Shown here in pieces: positions 10,931-20,010 of a stretch of DNA of 64,000 nt. Source of the DNA: Acidobacteria bacterium RIFCSPLOWO2_12_FULL_66_21 (GTDB lineage: Bacteria; Acidobacteriota; Vicinamibacteria; Vicinamibacterales; 2-12-FULL-66-21); the NCBI GenBank assembly GCA_001767455.1, contig MELC01000088.1, forward strand, positions 11,939-75,938, in the 5' to 3' direction. Both the position numbers and the translations under genes were made by a program. How positions within the stretch are numbered: the stretch's first letter is position 1; every line of letters starts with the position of its first letter. The notes under the pieces were generated by a model. It saw nothing but the letters and a program-made list of their open reading frames with translations, was not told where the DNA came from and searched no databases.

Positions 10931-11069
10931 GTTGCGAATTGTGAGTTGTGAATTGAGCGAGACCGGGCCGTGGCCGATCGCGCGGACGATTCGGGCAACC
11001 AGGCTCGCGTCGTCCGAACCCCCGGCCGTGGCGGGTTGCCTCTCAATTCGTGATTCACAATCCAGAATC
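10929..11069. repeat. Inverted GAATTGT/GAGTTGT heptamer arrays
   Basis: Same unit family at 34177-34283 and about 13990-14014. Confidence 0.75.
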
Positions 11070-11077
11070 TCTCGATC

Positions 11078-11509
11078 ATGAAACTCGGCGTGGTGGTGGT
11101 GACGCATGGACAATTGGCGACCGAGCTGGTCAACTCGGTCGAGATGATCGTCGGCGACCTGCCGCACTTCGCGGCCGTGTCGATCGGCTGGCACGAAGAG
11201 GTCGATCACGCGCGGGAGGACATCGGGCGGGCGATCGCCCGCGTCGCCGAGTCGGCGGGGGGGACCGGAGACGAGCCGGCAAACGTGCTGGTGCTGACGG
11301 ACATGTTCGGCGGGACCCCCGCGAACCTGGCGGTGACGTATGTGAGCCCGCAGGTCGAAGTCATCACGGGCGTCAACCTCCCGATGCTCATCAAGCTGGC
11401 GCGGCCGCCCAAGCACACCGACCTGCTGGCCCTCGCGCGCGAGATGCGCGAGGACGGACGCAACGCCATCTGGGTGGCGTCGGATCTGCTCCGGGGTGAG
11501 AAGGCGTGA
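11078..11509 (+). CDS. PTS mannose/fructose-family EIIA component
   Basis: VVVTHG phospho-His motif, LTDMFGGTP, GVNLPML. Confidence 0.92.
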   Translation: MKLGVVVVTHGQLATELVNSVEMIVGDLPHFAAVSIGWHEEVDHAREDIGRAIARVAESAGGTGDEPANVLVLTDMFGGTPANLAVTYVSPQVEVITGVNLPMLIKLARPPKHTDLLALAREMREDGRNAIWVASDLLRGEKA

Positions 11510-11805
11510 CCTCCTGCGACGTCACGGTGATCAACGCCCTCGGCCTTCACGCGCGCGCCGCCGCGAAATTCGTTCACGCGGCAAGCGCCTTCAGATCCCG
11601 CATCCGGGTGGGCCGCGACGGGCGGCACATGGACGGCAAGAGCATCATGGGCCTTCTCCTCCTCGCCGCCTCGCAAGGCACGCTCATCACCATCACCGCC
11701 GAAGGATCCGACGAGGCCGAGGCCATCGCGACGCTGCGCGCGCTCGTGGAGCGCGGCTTCGACGAGGCGTCCTTCGAGACGCCTCAGGGCGGGCCATGCG
11801 CCTGA
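11506..11805 (+). CDS. ptsH: Phosphocarrier protein HPr
   Basis: GLHARAA (His15) and DGKSIMGLL (Ser46). Confidence 0.95.
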   Translation: MTSCDVTVINALGLHARAAAKFVHAASAFRSRIRVGRDGRHMDGKSIMGLLLLAASQGTLITITAEGSDEAEAIATLRALVERGFDEASFETPQGGPCA

Positions 11806-13529
11806 CCGGAGTCGGCGTGTCGCCCGGCGTGGGTGTTGGAAAGGCGCTCGTGCTGAAGCACGGCGCCCAGGATCTGCGCTTCCGCATCCCGGCGGCGCGC
11901 GTGCCGCGGGAGATCGATCGGCTCCAGGAGGCGCGGACGCGATCCCGCCGGCAGATCGAGCAGATCAAGGCCCGCATCGCCCAGTCGGCGGGCGCGGATC
12001 ACGCGTACCTGTTCGACGCGCAACTGCTGATGCTCGACGATGCGATGCTCGTCGGACGGGCGGCGGCGATCATCCGCTCCCAGCGTTTGAACGCATCGTC
12101 GGCGCTGGAGAAGGCGCTCGAGGAGATTTCGGCGGTCTTCGACAAGGCCGAGGATGCGTACCTGCGCGAACGCAAGGGGGACGTCGCGGACGTCGTCGGA
12201 CGGCTGCGCATGAACCTGCGGGCCGCCGGGGATCCCGCGGACCTGTTCGCGGATCTCGAGGGGCCGCTCGTGCTGATCGCCGACGAGCTCTCTCCCTCCA
12301 CCGTCGCGCAGCTCGACTGGCAGCGCCTGGCCGGGCTCGTGACCAATGGCGGAAGCTGGACCCACCATGCCGCGATCCTGGCGAGATCGATCCACGTGCC
12401 GGCCGTCGCCGCGCTCCACGACGCCAGCTCCGCGATCCCGCCCGGCGCGCTCGTCGCCGTCGATGGCAGCACCGGCGAGGTGCTCGTCGATCCCGATGCG
12501 GAGATGCTCCAGCAGTTCAGGGGACGGCAGCAGCGGCGCGCGGCGTACGAGCTGGCGCTGCACGAGTACAGCGCGCTTGCGCCCGTCACGGCCGACGGCG
12601 TCGCGATCCTGCTCGAGGCGAACCTGGAGTCCCCCGACGACACGGAGCGCGCGAAGGAACAGGGGGCCGTGGGCATCGGGCTGTTCAGGACGGAATCGCT
12701 GCTCGCCGGCGTGGGCATGGCCGGCGCGACCGAAGAGATGCAGTACGCCGCGTACCGGCAGCTCGTCGTCAGCATGGCCCCGGGCCGCGTGACGGTGCGG
12801 ACGTTCGACGTCGGTGAGCCCCAGCGGCGCGGCGACGAGACACCGGGCGGGTCGGCGCTCGGCCTGCGCGGAATCCGTCTGAGCCTCGGCCTCGAAGAGG
12901 TCTTCCAGACGCAGCTCCGCGCGCTCCTCCGCGCGGCCGCGCACGGGCCGCTGCGGATCATGTTCCCGTTCGTCTCGAGCGTGGAGGAGCTGCAGGCGGC
13001 ACGCCGCGCCGTCGCGCTGGCGGCCGCCACCTTGCGCGCGCGCGGCGACGCGGCGCCAGCGGTGCCGGTCGGCGTCATGATCGAGGTGCCGTCGGCCGCG
13101 CTCGCCGCCGATCTGCTCGCGCCGGACGCCGACTTCTTCAGCATCGGCACCAACGATCTGATTCAGTATTGCCTCGCCGTCGATCGCACCGACGATCGCG
13201 TGTCGCAGCTGTACCAGCCGCTCCATCCCGCGATTGTCCGCTTGGTGCGCATGGTCGTGCGCGCCGGACGGCACCGCGGGATTCCCGTGTCGGTCTGTGG
13301 AGAGATGGCCGCCGATCCCCTGCAGCTCGCGCTGCTCATCGGGCTGGGGCTGCGCGAGTTCAGCATGGCGCCCACGTCGGTGCCGCTCGCCAAGCGCGTG
13401 CTGCGCGACCTGCGCACGGCCGACGCCGCGCGGACGGCGTCGGCCGCCCTGCGCGCGCGCACCGCGGCAGCAGTGGAGAGCGGACTGCTGCGCCTGCTGG
13501 CGCCGCTGGAAGTCAAGCGAACGTCGTAA
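11796..13529 (+). CDS. ptsI: PTS enzyme I (phosphoenolpyruvate-protein phosphotransferase)
   Basis: GVGVSPG start, phospho-His region THHAAILARS, GIGLFRTE, GVMIEVPSA, FSIGTNDLIQY, CGEMA; ATG at 11796. Confidence 0.94.
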   Translation: MRLTGVGVSPGVGVGKALVLKHGAQDLRFRIPAARVPREIDRLQEARTRSRRQIEQIKARIAQSAGADHAYLFDAQLLMLDDAMLVGRAAAIIRSQRLNASSALEKALEEISAVFDKAEDAYLRERKGDVADVVGRLRMNLRAAGDPADLFADLEGPLVLIADELSPSTVAQLDWQRLAGLVTNGGSWTHHAAILARSIHVPAVAALHDASSAIPPGALVAVDGSTGEVLVDPDAEMLQQFRGRQQRRAAYELALHEYSALAPVTADGVAILLEANLESPDDTERAKEQGAVGIGLFRTESLLAGVGMAGATEEMQYAAYRQLVVSMAPGRVTVRTFDVGEPQRRGDETPGGSALGLRGIRLSLGLEEVFQTQLRALLRAAAHGPLRIMFPFVSSVEELQAARRAVALAAATLRARGDAAPAVPVGVMIEVPSAALAADLLAPDADFFSIGTNDLIQYCLAVDRTDDRVSQLYQPLHPAIVRLVRMVVRAGRHRGIPVSVCGEMAADPLQLALLIGLGLREFSMAPTSVPLAKRVLRDLRTADAARTASAALRARTAAAVESGLLRLLAPLEVKRTS

Positions 13530-13544
13530 GGAGAAGGGGCGATT

Positions 13545-13898
13545 GTGTCCGATCAGGTGACACGCGTGGACAAGCCGTGGGGGTACGAACTGCACTGGGC
13601 GAAGACCGACCGGTACGTCGGCAAGCTGATTCACGTCAACGCCGGACATGCGCTCAGCCTCCAGTACCACAACCGCAAGGACGAGACGATCTATCTGGCG
13701 TCCGGCCGCATGCTGTTCGAAATCAAGGAAGGCGACGAGCTCGTTCGGCGCGAGATGCGGCCCGGACAGGCCGTGCACGTCACGCCGAAAACCGTCCACC
13801 GCATGATTGCCGTCGACGACTGCGACGTCTTCGAAGTCTCCACGCCGGAGCTCGACGACGTCGTACGGATCGAGGATCGGTACGGACGGACGACCTGA
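13545..13898 (+). CDS. Cupin-domain protein (mannose-6-phosphate isomerase C-terminal-like)
   Basis: VDKPWG, LSLQYHNRKDET, EVSTPELDDVVRIEDRYGR. Confidence 0.85.
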   Translation: MSDQVTRVDKPWGYELHWAKTDRYVGKLIHVNAGHALSLQYHNRKDETIYLASGRMLFEIKEGDELVRREMRPGQAVHVTPKTVHRMIAVDDCDVFEVSTPELDDVVRIEDRYGRTT

Positions 13899-13900
13899 TA

Positions 13901-14014
13901 GTTGGCGAATTGGTGAATTGGTGAATTGGTGAATTTGGCGGCACCGTGTCACGTGCCATCCGAACGGACGACGACGGCAGGGTGTGCACAATTCACGACT
14001 CGCAATTCGCAATT
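13901..14014. repeat. TGGTGAAT octamer array plus CAATTCG heptamer array
   Basis: Tandem units visible at both ends of the interval. Confidence 0.75.
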
Positions 14015-14063
14015 TCAGCGCGGAGTACTCGGAAACTGCCGCGCGCCCCGCGCAAGATCGCGA

Positions 14064-14092
14064 TTGACGCCTGAAATCGTGGCGTCCACAAT
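14064..14092 (+). promoter_or_regulatory. Probable sigma-70 promoter of ssb
   Basis: TTGACG-N17-CACAAT. Confidence 0.6.
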
Positions 14093-14119
14093 GGCGGGAC
14101 TCTTGAAAGGACTCGTGGA

Positions 14120-14554
14120 ATGGGCAGTGTGAACAAAGTGATTCTGGTGGGGAATCTCGGACGCGACGCGGAGCTGCGCTACACCCCCGGCGGCTCGCCG
14201 GTGGCCACGCTCAACCTCGCGACGACCGAGGTCTGGAACGACAAGGCCGGGCAGCGCCAGGAAAAGACGGAATGGCATCGCGTGGTCCTGTGGGGCAAGA
14301 CCGCCGAGAGCCTGAACGAATACCTGACGAAGGGCAAGCAGATCTACGTCGAGGGGCGGTTGCAGACCCGCCAGTGGGACGACAAGGACGGGAACAAGCG
14401 CTACACGACCGAAATCCGCGGCGACCGCATCGTCCTGCTCGGCGGCGGAGGGGGAGGCGGGGCGCGGCAGCAGACGCGCGCGGCCACGCCGGCCGGCGAG
14501 GAGGCGATAGGGGAGCCGGTCACCGAACTGACCGACGACGATATCCCGTTCTGA
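14120..14554 (+). CDS. ssb: Single-stranded DNA-binding protein
   Basis: [29 protein letters not shown], acidic C-terminus DDDIPF. Confidence 0.98.
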   Translation: MGSVNKVILVGNLGRDAELRYTPGGSPVATLNLATTEVWNDKAGQRQEKTEWHRVVLWGKTAESLNEYLTKGKQIYVEGRLQTRQWDDKDGNKRYTTEIRGDRIVLLGGGGGGGARQQTRAATPAGEEAIGEPVTELTDDDIPF

Positions 14555-14556
14555 GT

Positions 14557-14803
14557 CTGGAGCCCGCGGAGCGGGCGGAGCGCACGGAGCCAATCCTCAC
14601 ACGGAGACACGGAGCACACGGAGGCAGGGCCGGTCTGGCCGCGCTCGTACGCCGGCCGCAGGCCGTCGCCAGACCGGCCACGAGTCGGTAGTGGGCCGGT
14701 TTGAACAGCGGCTCAGTCTTTGACACGAGCAACGAGCCACGGCAGTGCTCCGTGCGCTCCGTGCCTCCGTGTGAGCGTGACACCGCGCCCTCCGCCTGCT
14801 CCG
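14557..14803. repeat. Nested palindromic dispersed element (MITE/REPIN-like), copy 1
   Basis: GCGGAG/CACGGAG arrays on the left, CTCCGTG/CTCCGC on the right, core hairpin GGCCGGTCTGGC...GCCAGACCGGCC; related copy at 44150-44395. Confidence 0.75.
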
Positions 14804-14804
14804 T

Positions 14805-15671
14805 TTATTTCCGGTTCAGGTTGTCGAGCCGCTGCCTGGCGAGGATGGCCTCGTACGCCGTCGGGTACTTCTGGATGACGCTCTCGTAGGACTTTTTCGC
14901 CAGGTCCACCTGCTTCAGCGCCTCGTAGGCGAGCCCCAGCTTGTAGTACGCGACCGGGACGCTGTCGGACTGCGGGTAGTCGCTGATCACCTTCTGATAG
15001 GCGGCGACCGCCTCGCGGTTCTTGCCACCGCCGTACAGCGCGTTCCCGATGTTCAACTGCGCATCGTCGGCCATCTCGGCGCGTGGAAACATCTTGATGT
15101 ACGTCTCGAAGCCGACGATCGCCAGGTCGTAATCGCCCGCCGTGTAGTCCGCGAACGCGTTCTCGTACATCTTCTTGGGGGAGACGTTGGCGGTGCCTGG
15201 GGCCGGCGACGGGTTCGGCGGAAGCTGGATGGGCTGCGCCCCGGTCTGGGGCGCCGTCGCCGGCGCACCGGTCTCGGCCCCAGCCGCGGGCGCGACCGAG
15301 GGAGCCGGCGCCGACGCGATGGTCTGGCGCATCGCCTCCAGCTCCTGAGTCATCGACGAGAGGCGCACGTTCGTGTCGTCCGCTTTTTCGCGGAGGATGC
15401 GGACCCCTTCGGCGACCGCGTCCACCTGCAGCTTGTGATCGGCAAAGGCCTTGCGCGTCGCGCCGGTCTGATCGTCGATCTTCGCGGCGATCGCTTTCAG
15501 CGTCTCGGCGAGCCCTCCCATCATCTGCCGCAGCTGCTGCTGCTGCTCCTGCAGCATGCGGATCTCCGCCATCAACTGCTGGTGCGCCTTGTCGGTCGCC
15601 GAGGCGGCCGGGGGGAATCCCAGCAGGATGGCCAGGGCCGCCACGATCGGAGGCCATGCGGATCGCTTCAT
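14805..15671 (-). CDS. cpoB: Tol-Pal system protein CpoB/YbgF
   Basis: Signal peptide, coiled coil, C-terminal TPR repeats (YENAF...AIVGFETYIKMFP); downstream of pal. Confidence 0.88.
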   Translation of the reverse strand: MKRSAWPPIVAALAILLGFPPAASATDKAHQQLMAEIRMLQEQQQQLRQMMGGLAETLKAIAAKIDDQTGATRKAFADHKLQVDAVAEGVRILREKADDTNVRLSSMTQELEAMRQTIASAPAPSVAPAAGAETGAPATAPQTGAQPIQLPPNPSPAPGTANVSPKKMYENAFADYTAGDYDLAIVGFETYIKMFPRAEMADDAQLNIGNALYGGGKNREAVAAYQKVISDYPQSDSVPVAYYKLGLAYEALKQVDLAKKSYESVIQKYPTAYEAILARQRLDNLNRK

Positions 15672-15693
15672 ACTCAACCTCTGTCGCGCGAAC

Positions 15694-15717
15694 GCCCGAC
15701 CTGAAGGCCGGGCCTAC
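15694..15717 (-). repeat. GTAG-type REP-like palindrome overlapping the pal stop codon
   Basis: Minus strand GTAGGCCCGGCCTTCAGGTCGGGC; near-identical copy at 16312-16335. Confidence 0.75.
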
Positions 15718-16292
15718 TTGCTCGTCACGACGAAATGCGCGCGGCGGTTCTTCGACCAGGCGGACTCGTCGTGGCCGGGATCGAACGGAAATTCCTTTCC
15801 GTAGCTGACCGTGCGGAGCCGATCCGCCGGAATCCCGAGCGCGACGAGGTAGTTGCGCGCCGCGAGCGCCCTTCGCTCGCCCAGAGCCAGATTGTACTCC
15901 GCCGTTCCACGCTCGTCGCAGTGCCCCTCGATGGTGACGATCCACGTGCCGTACTTCTTCATCAGCTCGGCGTTGACGTTGAGCGCCTGCTGGCCCGGCT
16001 CGTCGACTTCCGCCTGGTCGTAGCCGAAAAAGACCGGCTGAAAGGGGGAGTTCCGGTTGATCTCGTCGATGTCCTTGCTCGCCAGGGTGTCCTCGGCGGG
16101 CACCGGCTCAGCCGGCACCGGCTGCGGCTCGGCGACCGGCTGCGGCGGGGCAGGCGGCCGCGTCGGCGTCGCCGCCGTGGCGGGAGGCGGCGCGACCGGC
16201 CGCGCGACGGGCGGCTTCTTCTTCGCGCACGCGCCGGCCGCGCTGATGAGAATGAGGAGGGCGATCACGCTCGTGATACGTCGAATCTGCAT
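15714..16292 (-). CDS. pal: Peptidoglycan-associated lipoprotein Pal
   Basis: Lipobox AGAC, OmpA-like domain [31 protein letters not shown]. Confidence 0.96.
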   Translation of the reverse strand: MQIRRITSVIALLILISAAGACAKKKPPVARPVAPPPATAATPTRPPAPPQPVAEPQPVPAEPVPAEDTLASKDIDEINRNSPFQPVFFGYDQAEVDEPGQQALNVNAELMKKYGTWIVTIEGHCDERGTAEYNLALGERRALAARNYLVALGIPADRLRTVSYGKEFPFDPGHDESAWSKNRRAHFVVTSK

Positions 16293-16311
16293 GCTGATCT
16301 CGTTTCTACAC

Positions 16312-16335
16312 GCTCGACCTGAAGGTCGGGCCTAC
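16312..16335 (-). repeat. GTAG-type REP-like palindrome overlapping the tolB stop codon
   Basis: Minus strand GTAGGCCCGACCTTCAGGTCGAGC. Confidence 0.75.
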
Positions 16336-17702
16336 TGCGGTGACTGCGACCAGTTCGGGTACCGGTTCATGCCTTCTCTCGTGACCTGCCGGAGGTCGTC
16401 CCCCTTGCGGCTGATCGTGAAGATCTGCTCCTTGCCGGCGCGCGTGGACGTGAACGCCAGGTGGCGCCCGTTCGGCGCGAACGCGGGGCTCTCGTTGCTG
16501 CCGATGCCGTTGGTGATCTGACGGATGCTCTGCGTGGCGAAGTCCCAGATTTTGACGTCGAACCCGCCTCCCGATCGCGCGGCATAGGCAATCTCGTTGT
16601 ACGGCGCCGGGGACCACGTCGCGCGGTCGCTCCATTCCGTGGTGATCCGCCGCACGCCGGATCCATCCACGTTCATGATGTAAATCTGCGGCGTCCCGCT
16701 CCGCTCGGACGTGAACCCGATCTGGTTGCCGGTGGGCGACCAGGTCGGCGTCACGTCGATCGCGGCGTTGGTGGTCAGGCGGCGGATCCCGGAACCATCC
16801 CGGTTCATCACGTAGATCTCCGGGTTGCCGTCGCGGTTCGAGGTGAACGCGATCTTCGACCCGTCAGGCGAGAACACCGGCAGGTAGTTCTGCCGGTCGG
16901 CGTTGCCGTTGGCCGGCTTCGCCATGCGCCCTTCATAGATGTAGGAGACGATGATGTCCTGGTAGCCGCTGCGGTATGACGTGTAGGCAATCGCGCGGCC
17001 GTCGGGCGACCAGGCCGGCGTGATGTCGAGCGACTTGGTCACGGTGACGCGGCGCGGGTGCGCGCCGTCGTAGTCGGCCATATAGATGTTCGAGATGCCG
17101 CGATCCACCACCGGCCCCTTCATCCGTTCGCCGTCACGATCCGACGTGAACGCAATCTTGGTCCGCGCGACCCCTTTCAGGCCGGCGCGCTGGGTCAGGT
17201 GAATCTCGTCCGAGATCGTGTGCGCGTAGAGCCGCGGGTTGGCGATCGACCCGCTGTACTCCTTGGACAGCGCCGCGCGGCCGCTCGCCGCCTCGACGAG
17301 CCGCACCTGCACGACCACTCCGGAGCCGGTCTTCCGCACCGTCCCCACGACGACCGCGTCCGCCCCCAGCTCGCGCCAGCGATCCAGCGGCACCTGATCG
17401 AGGCTCGCGGCCGGCGGGATCGTCCGGTACGTGTCGCGCGCGATCATGTAGAACTCCTGCTCGAACTTCAAATCGGCCCACAGCACCTCGCCGATCGTCC
17501 TGGCCGCCGCCTGCGTCTCCGCGTCGGCCGTCAGCGCGACGAAATCGGGCACCGCGTATTTCGGCGGCAGCCCCGGCGTGGCCGAGGAGATGGTGAAGGT
17601 GACCTCGGTCGGCTGCTGCGGTGGCGGCGCGGCCTGGGCGGCAAGCAGGAGCGTTGCGCAGGCGGTGAAGACGGCTACGGCGGCTGGGCGGATGTGTGTC
17701 AT
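16332..17702 (-). CDS. tolB: Tol-Pal beta-propeller protein TolB
   Basis: TolB N-domain (AHTISDEI) and PD40 repeats (PAWSPDG, PVFSPDG, PTWSPTG). Confidence 0.93.
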   Translation of the reverse strand: MTHIRPAAVAVFTACATLLLAAQAAPPPQQPTEVTFTISSATPGLPPKYAVPDFVALTADAETQAAARTIGEVLWADLKFEQEFYMIARDTYRTIPPAASLDQVPLDRWRELGADAVVVGTVRKTGSGVVVQVRLVEAASGRAALSKEYSGSIANPRLYAHTISDEIHLTQRAGLKGVARTKIAFTSDRDGERMKGPVVDRGISNIYMADYDGAHPRRVTVTKSLDITPAWSPDGRAIAYTSYRSGYQDIIVSYIYEGRMAKPANGNADRQNYLPVFSPDGSKIAFTSNRDGNPEIYVMNRDGSGIRRLTTNAAIDVTPTWSPTGNQIGFTSERSGTPQIYIMNVDGSGVRRITTEWSDRATWSPAPYNEIAYAARSGGGFDVKIWDFATQSIRQITNGIGSNESPAFAPNGRHLAFTSTRAGKEQIFTISRKGDDLRQVTREGMNRYPNWSQSPQ

Positions 17703-18493
17703 CAGCGCTGGTACTCAAATATCAGGTGCACGGTCAGCTTGTTCTCGGTGAATTCGCGCGGAAGCGGCGGCAGCCGCCGCGTCTTGACGAGCGCGCGCTG
17801 GGAGGCCAGATCGAGCATGGCGATGTTGCTCGGCTTCTCGATCTGGATGTCCTCGATGACCCCGTCCCGGCGGATGGTGAACTTCATCTGCACCTTTCCG
17901 GCCGCCCCCTGGTTCGTGTCCCAGTTCCGCTGGATGAACGTGGACATCTGGATCAGGTAGGCGGGGCAGCAGAAGTTCGCGTAGTCGGTGAACACTCCGC
18001 CGCCCGGGCCGCCGCCGCTCGACAGGCCGCCGAACGGAATGGGCGCGCCCCCCGTGTCCACCGCCGATCCGCCCGGCTTCACCTGCGCCCCCGTCGTGGG
18101 CTTGCGCGACGTCGACTTCTCGAGCGGCTTGTCCACCCTCTTCGGCGGCGCCTTTGCCGCGGGCTTCGCCTTCAATTCTGGCAGCACCATTTCCGGGGCC
18201 TTGGGCGCGGGCGGGGCCTGCGGCGCCGGCCTCGCCTGCGGCGGCGCCACTTCCTGCACGGCACGACCCGGAATCGGCGTCAGGCCGCCGCTCTCAGGGC
18301 CCGACGCGCCCCCGAGCGTAATCATCATCGGCGTCACGTCCGTGTCGACGTGCTGGCGCCAGTCGGCCGGCATCAGGACGAGCAGCGCAATCAGCAACCC
18401 GTGCCCGACAAACGACACCAGCACGACCGCGGCGGTGATGTCGCCAGCTTCGCGGGCGCGGTCGGTCAGAATGCTGCTGACTGCCTCCTGCAT
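17702..18493 (-). CDS. TonB/TolA-family energy transducer
   Basis: N-terminal TM helix with S-x3-H (SFVGH), Pro/Lys-rich linker, TonB C-terminal domain (FTIRRDG...LD). Confidence 0.85.
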   Translation of the reverse strand: MQEAVSSILTDRAREAGDITAAVVLVSFVGHGLLIALLVLMPADWRQHVDTDVTPMMITLGGASGPESGGLTPIPGRAVQEVAPPQARPAPQAPPAPKAPEMVLPELKAKPAAKAPPKRVDKPLEKSTSRKPTTGAQVKPGGSAVDTGGAPIPFGGLSSGGGPGGGVFTDYANFCCPAYLIQMSTFIQRNWDTNQGAAGKVQMKFTIRRDGVIEDIQIEKPSNIAMLDLASQRALVKTRRLPPLPREFTENKLTVHLIFEYQR

Positions 18494-18505
18494 GGTGTTT
18501 CCTGC

Positions 18506-18609
18506 AATTGGTGAGTTGGTGAGTTGGTGAATTGACGACGGTGGCCTGTATCAACCACGGAGCTAATTCACTAATCCACTAATTCACCAATCCACGAATT
18601 CGCCGATTT
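18506..18609. repeat. Inverted TGGTGAAT/ATTCACCA octamer arrays with conserved core
   Basis: Core also present at 23016-23106. Confidence 0.8.
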
Positions 18610-18610
18610 C

Positions 18611-19075
18611 CTATTTCGTGGGGGGCGTGGTGACCACGCCGACCTTCTCGACGCCCCCCTCCTTCAACTTGTCCATCACCGTGATCAGGTCCTGGATGCG
18701 GCCGCCGCCGTCGGCGCGGATGAACACGGACTTGTCCTCGCGCGGGAGCATCACCTGCCGCACGCGCTCCTGCAGCACCTCGATCGGGACATCGTCCTTA
18801 TCGAGCTGGACGACGCGACGCTGCGAGAAATCGGCGGGCACCGTCACGTACACCGGCTGCGCGGTCACGGGCGTCGCCCTGCGCGATTGGGGCAGGTTGA
18901 CGGCCAGCCCCTGCTGCATCATCGGCGCCGTCACCATGAAGATGATGAGCAGCACGAGCATCACGTCGACGAGCGGCACGACATTGATCTCGGCGAGCGT
19001 CGTCGTGACGCGCGCGCTGCGTCCGCGCCGGCCTCGGCCGGACCCGCCGGAATCGTGCTGCTGGACCTTTGGCAT
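18611..19075 (-). CDS. tolR: TolR/ExbD biopolymer transport protein
   Basis: EINVVPLVDVMLVLLIIFMVTAP; VFIRAD. Confidence 0.9.
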   Translation of the reverse strand: MPKVQQHDSGGSGRGRRGRSARVTTTLAEINVVPLVDVMLVLLIIFMVTAPMMQQGLAVNLPQSRRATPVTAQPVYVTVPADFSQRRVVQLDKDDVPIEVLQERVRQVMLPREDKSVFIRADGGGRIQDLITVMDKLKEGGVEKVGVVTTPPTK

Positions 19076-19093
19076 CGCTAATCGAGCGCCGGT

Positions 19094-19867
19094 CTACGTG
19101 AAGTTCCTCTCGGAGATGTTCAGGAACTCGAGCGCGAAGTCGTCCATTTCGGCGCCGAACTTCTTCACCTGGTGCGTGAAATGGTTGTAGAAGTACACGG
19201 CCGGGATCGCCGCGAACAGCCCGGCGGCCGTCGCAATCAGGGCCTCGGCGATCCCGGGCGCGACCACGCCGAGACTCGTCGAGCCGGCCGCCCCGATTCC
19301 CTGGAACGCCGACATGATGCCCCAGACCGTGCCGAACAGCCCGATGAACGGCGTGATGCTCGCCGTCGTCGCGAGAAACGGCACGCGGCGCTCCAGCTTC
19401 ATCATCTCCACGGTGGTGGCGCGCAGCAGCGCGCGGTCGACGGCGTCGAGGCTCTTCAAGGTTGGACGCACGCCCGGGTTCGATGGCTTGGCCGCCTCGC
19501 CGGCCGCCGTTCCGCGCAGCTGCGTGTTCAGCTCGGCATAGCCGGACTGAAACAGTCCGACGAGCGGACTCGCGGCGAGCGTAGGGCAGACCGCCTGCAC
19601 CTCCGAGAACTTGCTGCTCTTGCGGAAGACGTCGACGAAGGAGGACGACTGGCGCTCGGCCCGGCCGAACTGCCACACCTTGGCGAGCACGATCGCCCAC
19701 GACACCGCCGAAAAAACGAGCAGGATCGCCAGCACGGCGATCACGAGCGGCTGGGCGTGGGTGACGAGACTGACGATGTCGGTGTCTATTTGTTGTCCGG
19801 TCCCAGCATCCGGCTGACCCGCTCCCTGCGCGTACAGCGCAAGGGCGTAGTATCCAAGCGTGCGCAA
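19094..19867 (-). CDS. tolQ: TolQ/ExbB proton channel
   Basis: LATTASITPFIGLFGTVWGIM, VAPGIAEALIATAAGLFAAIPA; TTG at 19867 has GGAGG upstream, so preferred over 19990. Confidence 0.9.
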   Translation of the reverse strand: MRTLGYYALALYAQGAGQPDAGTGQQIDTDIVSLVTHAQPLVIAVLAILLVFSAVSWAIVLAKVWQFGRAERQSSSFVDVFRKSSKFSEVQAVCPTLAASPLVGLFQSGYAELNTQLRGTAAGEAAKPSNPGVRPTLKSLDAVDRALLRATTVEMMKLERRVPFLATTASITPFIGLFGTVWGIMSAFQGIGAAGSTSLGVVAPGIAEALIATAAGLFAAIPAVYFYNHFTHQVKKFGAEMDDFALEFLNISERNFT

Positions 19868-19921
19868 ACAGTCCTCCGCAACATAGTGTGGTGCGCCGCT
19901 GGGACAGCGCAGGCAGCCGAA

Positions 19922-19950
19922 AGAGTAACACGCCCCCAGTACGCTGTCAA
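19922..19950 (-). promoter_or_regulatory. Probable sigma-70 promoter of the tol-pal operon
   Basis: Minus strand TTGACA-N17-TACTCT with extended -10 TG. Confidence 0.65.
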
Positions 19951-20010
19951 ACATCTGATAAGATGGTACTTCGGGCCACGGTGAGGGCACCGTCTCCCTC
20001 AGCCATCAAC

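Noticed and set aside
13944-13960. parS-like or sigma-54-like motif GTGTCACGTGCCA
   Set aside because: Several mismatches to TGTTTCACGTGAAACA, and TGGCACG lacks the correctly spaced TTGC.
19952-19965. Palindrome CATCT-N4-AGATG upstream of recN as a LexA box
   Set aside because: Short, matches no LexA consensus I can support, and is not seen upstream of ssb.
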